A stretch of DNA of 64,000 nucleotides from an uncultured bacterium (GTDB taxonomy: Bacteria; Verrucomicrobiota; Verrucomicrobiia; Limisphaerales; UBA8199): assembly GCA_963749495.1 (NCBI GenBank), contig CAVVMW010000023.1, positions 544,001 to 608,000 of the forward strand, written 5' to 3'. Under the pieces are notes generated by a model. That model was given only the letters and a program-made list of their open reading frames with translations. It was not told the origin of the DNA and did no database searches. This document shows positions 39,133 to 48,563 of this stretch, piece by piece; position 1 is the first letter of the stretch, and the number at the start of each line of letters is the position of its first letter. Position numbers and translations under genes: made by a program.

Positions 39133-40065
39133 ATGAAAGCTGAAAGCAACGGAGACCGGGATGACGGCCCCTTGACGAGGGCGGCGCACGGGAGCGCCTT
39201 CACCCTCATTGAGTTGTTGGTGGTCATCGCCGTGATCGCCATCCTCGCGGCCCTGCTCCTGCCGGCGCTGCACCGTGCCAAGCTGGCGGCGGACGCTTCG
39301 ATCTGCACGAGCAATCTGCACCAGTGGAGCCTCGCGCTGCGCGCCTACGTGGACGACTTCAAGCGATATCCTCCGTTATGGTTGAGCGACACTCTGGGAG
39401 GGACGGTGCTGGAGTGGCACCAGAGGATGGAACGTTACACTGCGTGCAAGTGGACAGGGTGGGACTCGCTAGTCGCGATCACACCTGGGGCGCCAAGGCC
39501 GAGCGGGATCCAGGTCTGCCCGAGCTACTACCGCCTCGGAGGCGATTTTGGGAGCACGGGTACGGGCAGCTACGGCTACAACGCGTTTGGTTATGAAACG
39601 CCTATGAGCAAAGAATTGGGCCTTGGCGGAGACGCCTTGTCGGCAACAATCGGGAGAGAGAGCGACTCCTCAGCCGATCCCAGCAAATACCGCCTTGTCC
39701 GGGAGGGAGAAGTCGTGTGCCCCAGCGACATGGTGGCCTTCGGCGACGCTTACACGTGCGACTTCAATGCCCCAGGGTGGCCGGACACGTTCTTCGGGCG
39801 GACCGACCTGTCACCAATGGACAGCGTCGTGGGGAACGAGTTGGGTCTGAGCGAGTTCTCGGCCCAGTTCCTGGGGCAGGGCTGGTGGAACGACCCCAAG
39901 TGGAATCGCAGGCGTCACAGCGGCAAATGGATCATGGCCTTCGTGGACGGCCACGTCGAGAAACACGGCGTCGTCGAGTGGTTCAATCCGAAGGTGGACG
40001 GCATTGTCCGGCGCTGGAATCGCGACCACCAGCCGCACGCCGAGTACCTGGGCGAATTTCGCTAG
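39133..40065 (+). CDS. Prepilin-type N-methylation domain protein with H-X9-DG motif (DUF1559-like)
   Basis: [25 protein letters not shown]...[21 protein letters not shown]. Confidence 0.92.
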   Translation: MKAESNGDRDDGPLTRAAHGSAFTLIELLVVIAVIAILAALLLPALHRAKLAADASICTSNLHQWSLALRAYVDDFKRYPPLWLSDTLGGTVLEWHQRMERYTACKWTGWDSLVAITPGAPRPSGIQVCPSYYRLGGDFGSTGTGSYGYNAFGYETPMSKELGLGGDALSATIGRESDSSADPSKYRLVREGEVVCPSDMVAFGDAYTCDFNAPGWPDTFFGRTDLSPMDSVVGNELGLSEFSAQFLGQGWWNDPKWNRRRHSGKWIMAFVDGHVEKHGVVEWFNPKVDGIVRRWNRDHQPHAEYLGEFR

Positions 40066-40215
40066 GGCCGCCTCCTGTCCGAGCGGACGCTCACGTCAGA
40101 TTGAAACCGACATCCCGTTGCCTCCAGCCCTTATGAACCAATTCACCTCCTTCCGCCCGCCACCGTCGGGTGGTAGATTTGCTGAGTGATAGCACGCCCT
40201 TCGGGCTACTGAACC

Positions 40216-42738
40216 TCAATCACCGCTCACGCGCAGCAGGGTGACGCCCTGCGCCGATTCATCGCCCTTTTCCGCAACGGCCCGCACCACCACTTCGGGC
40301 CAGGACAGTTTGGGCATGGCCAGGACGCATTGGAACCGCTGCGCGTCTGCGACGGCGGTTGCCGAGGCGACCACGAACTGGTTGGCCCGGCCGCGGTTCT
40401 CGGCCGCGATGCGTTCGCGGGCGGCGCGATTTGCCGGGGAGTCCGGTGGCAATGGTTCCAGGTTCGCCGGCCGCGAGGACAGGGGACGTTCGAGCGTCAC
40501 GCGCAACGCGGCCCCGGCCAGCCGAGCCGGCACGGTGCCGTTCACGGTGAGGCCCTGGCCCGCGTGCACCGGGCCGGTGATGTCCAGGGAAACATCCACC
40601 GGCACCACCGGCAGGCGCAGGGCGGGGTCGCCCAGCAACATCCACATTTCCAGATCTTCGAGGCGCTGCCTCGCCAGCGGCACCTTGCCGGCGGTGCCAT
40701 CGCCGTAGTCCATCAGCCTGAACGTCAGCGCGTCGATCGGGCCCCGCGCCAATCCGGCCTGCACGCCCAGCCAGTAATCGGCCAGCCGGGGCGGGAATGG
40801 CGTCCGCGCCAAACACCCCAGCAAACCATCGCCTGCCAACAATCCCGCGGCGGAGTAACTTTCAGCGCTGGCCCCGATCACCGCCACCGGCCCGGCCGGA
40901 TTGCGCATCGCCCCCAGGCAGTAACCATCGCCCTCCCCCAACTCGCACCCGAAGCAACCGCAACTCAAGAACACTCCTTGTCCTGGCCCCAGCTTCATCC
41001 CTGTCCAATCGTCGCGGGACAGAAACATCCCATCGCCGCCCCCCAGGCCATCAACGCCGGAATGCCCCATGTAAATCGAGAACAACGCGCCCGCTTGGAG
41101 ACTGTCCATCGCCGCATCGTGGAGGCTGGCGCTCGGGCAATAATAAGCCGAGGCCGGAATGTCAAACACCGCGCGCAGAGTCCAAGCCGAGTGCAGTTTG
41201 CCGAGCCGTTGCGCCATCAACTGCCCGACGAACATTTCGCCCAATGGCCCGGCGCCCGGGTTGCCCGCGAGGAGGGCCAGCCGGCTCCTCCACGCGCCGG
41301 GGCGGCTGCAATTCTGCTCCATGCTCAACGTCTTCTCCACCATCCCTTGCATCTCCTGGACCGTGCGGGCCGGGAAGCGGCCCACGGCGGCGGCGCAGTC
41401 CCCGTCCGCGTCCCGCCGCGGCAGGCCATAGCCGTAGTCGCTGGGCCACTGTTTCATCACGCCATTTTTTCCGGGCATGGCGGGCACCACGATTTGCTGA
41501 GCTGCCACGGGGTCCGGCGTCCCCGCGGTGCCCGCCAGCAGGACATAGTTTGGTCCCTTGGCCGGTCCCAGGAGCCGGCGGATGCACGCCTGGAGCGGCG
41601 CGCCTTGCGAGAGCCAAATCTGCTCCGGGCTGAGCGCGTTTGTCGTTTCGACGACAAGGACCTTGAATCCCTGCGCGCGTCGTTGCTCGATGAGCGGCGC
41701 CAAGGGAGCGCGGAACGCCGGGGCGGTCGCCACGAGCCAGACTCCCTGCGTGGGGGTGAGCGCATCCATGCTCTCCGGCGGGCCCGAACCGGGCGGATGA
41801 AGCTCCCTGGCCAGAGTCTCAGTCCCCGCCGCCGCCTGGCGGATGCGCTCGACGAAGCGGTCATCCCCGGCGCCGGCATAGAACCGCACATCAGCCAGCC
41901 AACCGTCAAACGAGACCATGCGGAGCACGCCGGCGAACACATTCGTCCGCACCACTTGAGGAACGTCAGCCACCCAACCGTCAGACCACATGAAACGGCG
42001 CGGCGCCTTGCCCAGGTAGAGGGCGCCATTGGTCCCGAACTCGACCCTCTGGCGGTGCGCCGCGGTCGTCGTGACGAGTGCGGCCCGCATAGACTCGGCG
42101 CCCAGGTAACCCATGAGATTGGTGCCGTCATAGACCATCGCGGCAAAACACCACCGATTCTCCGGCAGATCGAATGGGAACATTGCTCGGGCGCCGATGC
42201 CATTGACCTTGAATTCCAGCCCGCAGCCGGCCAGCAATCCCATCTCGATGTTGTTGGCCGCTCCCAGGACGAGGGGATTCCCGCCGCCCCAAAGGAGGAA
42301 AAGCCGGGACATGACCGGCAGCGTGTGCGTGCTGCCCGTCCGTTCCTTCTGTTTGAACCACAGCGTCGCCGTGAAGGCGCGGACGTCGCCGAAACCGAGG
42401 CTGGCGTTGGTCACGACCGCCACGACGGGTTCAGGGGCTCCCGGCCGCGCGTTCCTCAAACTAAAAAGATGGAGCGCCCCGCCGCGGTTGGCCGGTCCAC
42501 AGCCAGGGGCAGCCGGATGGCCGGTTGGCGGGCCGGCACCGTTCAGGGTGTGTAAAACCAGACCGAGGCCGCCGTTGCTCGTGTCGCTCGCCGCCGTGGC
42601 GCCGGCGGCATCATCGAAGCCAAACCGGAACTTGAGGACCGGCTCCTGTGCGCGCGCCGCCCTTCCGAAAACACACAGCGCGGCAAGGAAGGCAACGCTT
42701 GTCCAACCCAGGGAGAATCGGTTTCTGGTCTGGCTCAT
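40216..42738 (-). CDS. LamG-like domain + C25 (gingipain-family) cysteine peptidase
   Basis: FTATLWF..WCFAAMVYDGTNL..GWLADVRFY; YVLLAG, SDYGY, AVGRFPART, YMGHSG, LSCGC, LLGDPAL. Confidence 0.8.
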   Translation of the reverse strand: MSQTRNRFSLGWTSVAFLAALCVFGRAARAQEPVLKFRFGFDDAAGATAASDTSNGGLGLVLHTLNGAGPPTGHPAAPGCGPANRGGALHLFSLRNARPGAPEPVVAVVTNASLGFGDVRAFTATLWFKQKERTGSTHTLPVMSRLFLLWGGGNPLVLGAANNIEMGLLAGCGLEFKVNGIGARAMFPFDLPENRWCFAAMVYDGTNLMGYLGAESMRAALVTTTAAHRQRVEFGTNGALYLGKAPRRFMWSDGWVADVPQVVRTNVFAGVLRMVSFDGWLADVRFYAGAGDDRFVERIRQAAAGTETLARELHPPGSGPPESMDALTPTQGVWLVATAPAFRAPLAPLIEQRRAQGFKVLVVETTNALSPEQIWLSQGAPLQACIRRLLGPAKGPNYVLLAGTAGTPDPVAAQQIVVPAMPGKNGVMKQWPSDYGYGLPRRDADGDCAAAVGRFPARTVQEMQGMVEKTLSMEQNCSRPGAWRSRLALLAGNPGAGPLGEMFVGQLMAQRLGKLHSAWTLRAVFDIPASAYYCPSASLHDAAMDSLQAGALFSIYMGHSGVDGLGGGDGMFLSRDDWTGMKLGPGQGVFLSCGCFGCELGEGDGYCLGAMRNPAGPVAVIGASAESYSAAGLLAGDGLLGCLARTPFPPRLADYWLGVQAGLARGPIDALTFRLMDYGDGTAGKVPLARQRLEDLEMWMLLGDPALRLPVVPVDVSLDITGPVHAGQGLTVNGTVPARLAGAALRVTLERPLSSRPANLEPLPPDSPANRAARERIAAENRGRANQFVVASATAVADAQRFQCVLAMPKLSWPEVVVRAVAEKGDESAQGVTLLRVSGD

Positions 42739-42829
42739 GGCTGCAGAATGATGGCTCTTCAGGCGGCCTTCCGCTGGCCCCCCAGGTGCTCCGGCCCGGC
42801 CCCAATACGGGCTTCATTTGAGCTTCTTA

Positions 42830-42939
42830 GAGGCGGTTGCAGAATTAACCGCAAAGAACGCAAAGATCGCAGAGAAACGCCTTGATTCCGGGCTCTTTGT
42901 GTTCTCTGCGTTCTTTGCGGTTTGTTTCGCCACTGTCTC
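42830..42939. mobile_element. Small MITE with TTA flanks enclosing inverted 9-mer arrays (CGCAAAGAA..TTCTTTGCG)
   Basis: TTA|GAGGCGGTTGCAGAA ... TTTCGCCACTGTCTC|TTA. Confidence 0.55.
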
Positions 42940-43067
42940 TTAACCCAAAAACCGCCGCGTGCCGCCGCCACATTGACCGCCTCCCGCCACCGCGTCAAGC
43001 TTGGGGCGCCTCGGGCATACGGAGGGAGGGCCATCAACAAAGTCGCTCGGCGCGCCTGTGCGCCAGC

Positions 43068-43203
43068 GTAGCGCAGGTTTCCAAACCTGCTGTATCGCGG
43101 GTTTCCAAACCCGCAGGCCGTCCGCAAATCGGCGGCGCTCGACATGCTGACGCCTTGCCGATTGGAAATCGGCGACACAGCAGGTTTGGAAACCTGCGCT
43201 ACG
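43068..43203. repeat. REP-like element GTAGCGCAGGTTTCCAAACCTGC...GCAGGTTTGGAAACCTGCGCTAC
   Basis: GTAG-tagged nested palindromes. Confidence 0.9.
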
Positions 43204-43281
43204 ACTAAAATAGTGTGCGTGGGAATGGGTCGCATAGGCCAGCAATGCGAACTTGCCGAGCGAGAATTGCTTTCTTGGGCC

Positions 43282-43308
43282 TCAAGTATTGCCAGCCGCG
43301 TCCGATAT
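43282..43308 (+). promoter_or_regulatory. Sigma28-like promoter
   Basis: TCAA-N15-TCCGATAT, 41 nt upstream of ATG 43350. Confidence 0.55.
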
Positions 43309-43349
43309 GCCAGATGGCCCCCGTCAGGGAGGCCGATGAGAGCAAGAAT

Positions 43350-43934
43350 ATGAGCGCGGTGACCGGTGTTTCGAGTTCGTCGGGGATTGCTTACGCTACA
43401 CAGTTGGCGCAAACCTCGTCGCTGAATCGGAGTCTTTACAATCTCGGCGCGGCTGTCCAGAAGGGCGACTTGACTTCAGCCGGCTCCATTCTCAGCGCGC
43501 TGATGAAGGCCAACCCGCAATACGCTTCATCCTCTGCCGACGGCACTTCAGCCCAAAATCCCGTCAATCAGGACTTCCAGGCTCTGAGCGATGCCGTGGC
43601 CAATAACCAGGCTGACGCCGCCAAGAGCGCCTGGGCGCAGCTCCAGACCGATCTGGCGGCAAGCGGCATTACCACGACCGATGACGGCGCTGCGGCCACG
43701 GCCCAACTCCTGGCCCAGACCAAGTCTTCTCTGGATCAGGAAATCCTGAGCGCCTCCTTTGGCAGCACCTCTGCAGGCTCGCTGACTGCCCTTATCGGCG
43801 CGGATAACCCCTCAATGGCCGGCGTGGACTTGAGTTCCATCGTGAGCAACTGGCTCACCTATAAGGCTGACGGCAACGCTTCACCGCCGGCATCTGCGAG
43901 CACTGCTGAGGGAAACGTCAACACTACGGCCTGA
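43350..43934 (+). CDS. Ser/Ala/Gln-rich hypothetical protein related to 13527..13979
   Basis: MSAVTGVSSS...LGAAVQKGDLTSA...QDFQALSDAV...AAKSAWAQLQTDL. Confidence 0.75.
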   Translation: MSAVTGVSSSSGIAYATQLAQTSSLNRSLYNLGAAVQKGDLTSAGSILSALMKANPQYASSSADGTSAQNPVNQDFQALSDAVANNQADAAKSAWAQLQTDLAASGITTTDDGAAATAQLLAQTKSSLDQEILSASFGSTSAGSLTALIGADNPSMAGVDLSSIVSNWLTYKADGNASPPASASTAEGNVNTTA

Positions 43935-43995
43935 ACGGCGCGGCGCAACGCCGGCCTGCCCGACCCATCCCCTCGGGCTGCGAAATATGTCCGGT

Positions 43996-46542
43996 TCAAT
44001 GCCTCCTGAGGATGAGCCTGTGGTCCACGCGCCGGGTCTGGTGGTGCTCCAGCGGGGGCAGGTCGGTGAGGGTGGGGGATTGGGTTTCATTGAGGATGGT
44101 CCTGGCCATGGCCTGGAGGGCGCGCCATCGGGGCCAATCCAGTTCGGGGGCGTGGGCGATTTGGCGCAGCAGGCTGCGCCATTCGATGATCACCCGGTCA
44201 ATGTCCCCGGGCCCCAGCAAATCCGTGACCCAGAGGTGTTTGCTCGACGGGTCTTTGTGGACCGAGGCCACGACTTGTTCGGCGCCGGCGCCGTACTTGG
44301 GGGGCACGCCGTTTTCGAGGTAGCCGGGGACGGAGGTCAGCCCGAATTTTTCGTGGCAGGCCAGTCCCAGGCGGCCGCCCCAGCGGTTGGTCTCCTGGCT
44401 GCAGAAGCGGAACCCGGCATCGAGGTTGGCCAGGTCGTAGATCAGTTCATCCAAAGGATAGGTTTGGTCCTCCAGCGCCGCCGCCACCGCCAGGCCGTCG
44501 CCTTGGGAGAAGAAACTCACGATGCGCCCCCGCAAGGTCGGCACGCCGGCACCGTCCACCAGGCCCAGCCGCCGCCACAACAGCGCCACCCCGGTGCCGG
44601 CGGGCAGGCCGCGGCAGACCGGCACCAGCGAGCACCGGGCGCAGTCCGCAGGCAACACCTCCCGTTGCGGCGGCCGCCACAGGGCCACGCCATGCGCGTC
44701 CACCGGCACCCGCACCGTCAGATCGGCAATGCTCACGTAAGCGACAATCCGCTGGGCCTGGTTTTGGAAACTGACCACCGGCGTCTTCTGCCCCGCCAGT
44801 TTCTCCTGGACCAGCGGCGCAATCCGCTCGTTCCAGAGCCGGAGCGGGGCCTGCCGCCCGTTCCAATTGGTCAGCCGGCGAATCCACTTGGCTAGCATGA
44901 TGCGCCCCCCGTCCAGGCGGTCCGCCACGGTCATCGCCCGGCCATGGACCTTGCCGCGCTCGTCGTCGGACAGGACGCACAGGGTGCCGTGGCCGACCTT
45001 TTCGAGGGCGGCCGGCTCGGAGAGGGCCGGGCGCAGCTTCCACTGTTGGGCCTCCAGGGGCCCATCGCCTGGAGGCGGGGATTTGGCCTGGGCGGCGGGC
45101 TGCTGGCCGTTGATGAGCGGCAAGAGGCGGACCTCCCGGAGCGGCATCGGGACCGGCGCCGGGTAGGGCTGCCACTGGCCGCGGCTGTCGAGCATCTCGC
45201 GCACAGGCTTGCGCACGTGGCGCGCCCGTTCCGCATCGGTCTTCAAACCGCAGGGGACCTGCGGATGACGCAGGGATTCTTCGACACCGAGGCAGATGGG
45301 CTTGGTTGCGAAGAGCCGTTCCTGGGCCTGGACCGCCTGGCGGTAGGGGTCCTGGCCTTGCTGGGCGGCCGTAGCCATCAACCCCAGTAGCGCGCCCCAG
45401 TCCACCGCCCCGCTCCGGGACAGGTGGCCGGGATGCGCGTCGAGCAGGCGCAATTCGTTGGCCGTGATCAGCACGTAACCGGTCTCGTCCAGGCCGCGCC
45501 GCCCGGCCCGGCCGAACATCTGCAGGATCTCGTCCGGTTTGAGCAGTTGCTCGGCCTCGTCGCGGCGGTAGGATTCGGCCGCCAAGGCCACGCTGCGCAG
45601 CGAGAAGTTGATCCCGGCCGCCAGGCCCATCGTCGCGACCACCACCCGGAGCTGGCCCGCCTTGGCCAGCGGCTCGATGACCCCCGCCCGCGCGCCGTAG
45701 CTCAGTCCGCTATGGTGGAAGGCGACCCGGCTCTTGAGCAGCTTGGCCAAGTGCTCGCCCGCGATCAGCTTCTGCGCCGTGCTCAGGGCCAGCGGGTTGG
45801 GTGTGGGCAATTGGCGGGCGAGGTCGGCGGCCATGGACTCGGCGGCCTGGCGGCGCGGGGCGAAGATGAGGATGGGGCCCAGGTCTTCAGCCAGGGCCTT
45901 GGCCACCAGGCGCGGCCAGTAGCCGCGAATCTCGTCGGGCAGGTGGTAGTTGAGGCTGTTGGCGTGGACCTCCTCCAGGGGCACGGGGCGGTGCTCATGG
46001 CGGACCAGGACCGCCTGGCGTCCCAGCCGTTGCAGCCACTTGACCACGTCCTGCGGGTTGGCCACACTCCCGCTGAGCAGCAGCAACTGGGTCTGCGCCG
46101 GCGCCAGCGCCAGCGCCAGTTCGTAATTCAAACCCCGGTCCAGGTCGCTCACCATCTGGTACTCGTCCACAACCAGCAGGGCGGGGCCCTGCCCCTGCAT
46201 CAGGCGGTTCTTTTGCGTCTCCAGCGTCGCCACCACCACCGGCGCCCCCAGGTTCTCGGCCAGGTCCCCGGTCGCAATACCCACATCCCAGCCCCGCGCC
46301 CGCCATTCGGCCAGCTTGTCGTTGGCCAGCGCCCGCGTCGGCACCGTGTAAATCGCCTGCCCCCGGTTCTTGCCTTGGTTGGACCATAGCTCGAAGACCA
46401 GCGTCTTGCCCGAGCCCGTCGGCGCCTGCACCACCACGTCCTTGCCCTGCCGCAACGCGGCCACCGCCTCCTGCTGCCACAGGTCGGGCACGGTCACCTG
46501 GTTCAAGGCCGGCAATTCTGCGAATGGAGAGAAGTTGGACAC
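43996..46542 (-). CDS. Ski2-like DEAD/DEAH box helicase
   Basis: APTGSGKT, VPTRALAND, VVDEYQ, LLSGS, FHHSGL, QMFGRAGRRGLD. Confidence 0.9.
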   Translation of the reverse strand: MSNFSPFAELPALNQVTVPDLWQQEAVAALRQGKDVVVQAPTGSGKTLVFELWSNQGKNRGQAIYTVPTRALANDKLAEWRARGWDVGIATGDLAENLGAPVVVATLETQKNRLMQGQGPALLVVDEYQMVSDLDRGLNYELALALAPAQTQLLLLSGSVANPQDVVKWLQRLGRQAVLVRHEHRPVPLEEVHANSLNYHLPDEIRGYWPRLVAKALAEDLGPILIFAPRRQAAESMAADLARQLPTPNPLALSTAQKLIAGEHLAKLLKSRVAFHHSGLSYGARAGVIEPLAKAGQLRVVVATMGLAAGINFSLRSVALAAESYRRDEAEQLLKPDEILQMFGRAGRRGLDETGYVLITANELRLLDAHPGHLSRSGAVDWGALLGLMATAAQQGQDPYRQAVQAQERLFATKPICLGVEESLRHPQVPCGLKTDAERARHVRKPVREMLDSRGQWQPYPAPVPMPLREVRLLPLINGQQPAAQAKSPPPGDGPLEAQQWKLRPALSEPAALEKVGHGTLCVLSDDERGKVHGRAMTVADRLDGGRIMLAKWIRRLTNWNGRQAPLRLWNERIAPLVQEKLAGQKTPVVSFQNQAQRIVAYVSIADLTVRVPVDAHGVALWRPPQREVLPADCARCSLVPVCRGLPAGTGVALLWRRLGLVDGAGVPTLRGRIVSFFSQGDGLAVAAALEDQTYPLDELIYDLANLDAGFRFCSQETNRWGGRLGLACHEKFGLTSVPGYLENGVPPKYGAGAEQVVASVHKDPSSKHLWVTDLLGPGDIDRVIIEWRSLLRQIAHAPELDWPRWRALQAMARTILNETQSPTLTDLPPLEHHQTRRVDHRLILRRH

Positions 46543-46658
46543 GGGATTCTAGTCATCTCAGTTCCGCGGGCGCGGGCGCCTCAGGCGCCCCGAATGCGGC
46601 CACGCGCCTAACATAACCGCTTTTCCAGGAACTTGAAATGAAATCCCGCCGCCCAGCA

Positions 46659-48116
46659 CTAAGGCAGCGGCGCTCGGGGCGGGGCGACCTCCAGACAGGC
46701 CATGCGGGTGAGGTCGCGGGCCAGGAGCCGGCCGCCGGCCAGCGCCAGGGGTCCCCAGGACTCGCGGCCCTTGAGCACCTGGGCCTGGCCCAGGAGGTTG
46801 TATTTGCCGGGAGCCGCCTCGATGAGGCGCAGGAGGCCGGAGTCGTTCATGGCGAAGATCAGACCGTCAGCTATGAGGAACGAGCCCAGGCCGAATTGCT
46901 GGCCTGAATCGCTCGCCCAAGCGGTCTTGCCCTCGAGGGTCAGGCAGACGAACCGGCCATCGGGCCGGACGCCGTATATATGGTCCTCATAACAGATGGG
47001 TGTGTGCTGGGTGGCGCCAAACACCTCTGGCTGGAGCTTGAAGGCGGTCTGGGCGGAGAACTGGTCACCTTCCTTCTTGAGCTGGAGCATCAAGCTGCCC
47101 GCATTGTAGCCGCCCGAAAGAAAAATCCGCCCCCCCTCCAGCACGAGCGGAGAGGGCACGGTGGCGAGGCTGATCTTCCAATCCGTCGTCTCCCAAAGAA
47201 TGGACCCGGTCTTGGCGGAGACGCCCACAACGCCGTTGTTGGCGCAATACACATACATCCGCTCGCCGCCGAACTCGATGGGCATAACCGAGGAATGGGT
47301 CATCTTCCAGCCATGCGGATTTGGGGTTTGCCAGCGGACCTGGCCGGTCTTGCCATCCAACGCCAGGAGCAGAGCGCCTCGGCCACCGGGGGCGAGGATG
47401 ACTGCGCCGCTCTCGATAAGGGGGCATTGGCAGGCATACCAGGGCGGGACGGTTGTGCCATATTGGCGCACCAGGTCCAGTCCCCACCGCAACTCTCCGC
47501 TGGCACAGTCCAGGCAGACCACATGGCATTTCGGACCCATGCCAACGACAATTTGGTCATCTGCGGCAGGGACGGTGCGGGACATGCCGTGGTTGCGTTT
47601 GACCGAGACGGAGTAAGCGTAACGCCAGATCTCGGTGCCATCGGCCAGAGAGAGGCAGCGCAGGACATCCTGCTTGTGCTGGAGGTCGTAGTCCATGATA
47701 TAGACCCGGCCATTAAGAACGGCGGCCCCGGCATAACCGTCGCCAAGGTCTATGGCCCAGAGTTCGCGTGGGCCGGAGGCTGGCCACGTGCGCAGCAAGG
47801 GGAGCGATTCCCGGCCCAACCCGTCCCTGTCGACCCCGCGAAACTGGGGCCAGGCGCCGGGCAGAACGGCGGTCGGTGAGCCGCCCGAGGGGTGGTCGCT
47901 GGGGTGGGGCGCGCTATCGGCACGGGTCAATTTGCCGGCCAGGACCGGGTTGGGGCGGGCGCCCGCCTCGCCCGGGGGTTGGTCGGTCCCCGGCCTGCGC
48001 AACTCCAACGGCACGTTCGGGGCATGCCAATACCAAAAGGCCAGCACGGCCACCGCCGCAAGCCCCACCCCGCCTGGGAAAAGCAGGGTCATCCGCAAAA
48101 ACCGAGGTCTCTTCAT
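46659..48116 (-). CDS. PQQ-binding-like/BamB beta-propeller protein
   Basis: WPQFRG, repeated CLSLADGTEIW / ALDGKTGQVRW motifs; TM anchor; real start probably MKRPRF (the ORF-track extension runs through a MITE). Confidence 0.85.
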   Translation of the reverse strand: MKRPRFLRMTLLFPGGVGLAAVAVLAFWYWHAPNVPLELRRPGTDQPPGEAGARPNPVLAGKLTRADSAPHPSDHPSGGSPTAVLPGAWPQFRGVDRDGLGRESLPLLRTWPASGPRELWAIDLGDGYAGAAVLNGRVYIMDYDLQHKQDVLRCLSLADGTEIWRYAYSVSVKRNHGMSRTVPAADDQIVVGMGPKCHVVCLDCASGELRWGLDLVRQYGTTVPPWYACQCPLIESGAVILAPGGRGALLLALDGKTGQVRWQTPNPHGWKMTHSSVMPIEFGGERMYVYCANNGVVGVSAKTGSILWETTDWKISLATVPSPLVLEGGRIFLSGGYNAGSLMLQLKKEGDQFSAQTAFKLQPEVFGATQHTPICYEDHIYGVRPDGRFVCLTLEGKTAWASDSGQQFGLGSFLIADGLIFAMNDSGLLRLIEAAPGKYNLLGQAQVLKGRESWGPLALAGGRLLARDLTRMACLEVAPPRAPLP

Positions 48117-48180
48117 CTCTGCGGCACACGTTGTAGCGGAAGCCGCACTGCGGGTCGAGTGCCGAGTCGCGCCCCAAATC

Positions 48181-48298
48181 TTAGCGAGGCGGAGCCTCAG
48201 ACCGTGGCTTGGGCATCTTGCCCAAGCCCCCACGGGTAGGATGCCCGTGCCACAAACTTGACTTGTCTGCATCACGTTTCGAAACTCAAGGAATCTAG
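48181..48298 (-). mobile_element. 118-bp CTAG-bounded MITE (copy 1)
   Basis: Near-identical reverse complement of 61275-61392; internal palindromes GGCTTGGGCATCTTGCCCAAGCC and TTGAGTTTCGAAAC. Confidence 0.8.
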
Positions 48299-48315
48299 CC
48301 TGGCCATTCTTAAAC

Positions 48316-48373
48316 CACGGAATACACGGAGTACACGGAATGGGGCCTTTTTCCGTGTGTTCCTGTATTCCGT
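48316..48373. repeat. Inverted 9-mer arrays CACGGAATA ... TTCCGTG
   Basis: Read directly. Confidence 0.8.
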
Positions 48374-48563
48374 CGTCTATTTCCTGCCGATTGGCATGGG
48401 AATTGAACACCTCCAGTTCTTCCGGCGTTCTTTGCAGCAGCGGATTGACTAAGCGTGGATCTGGGTGAAATGGCGGCGGGCCAATACGGCTCATAGCCTT
48501 GAAGAGGTTTAATTGAGTTTAATTGGCTTTAAGGTTCGGGGTTCAGGGTTCACGTTTCACCTT

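Noticed and set aside
43996..46542. Helicase as part of the defence island
   Set aside because: Host-like codon usage, no partner defence genes, and it lies outside the MITE-bounded region.
48117..48494. N-terminal extension of the PQQ-like protein
   Set aside because: It reads through a MITE and a 9-mer array, and the TM anchor follows the 48116 start. A possible phage-gene fragment at 48370-48494 could not be supported.
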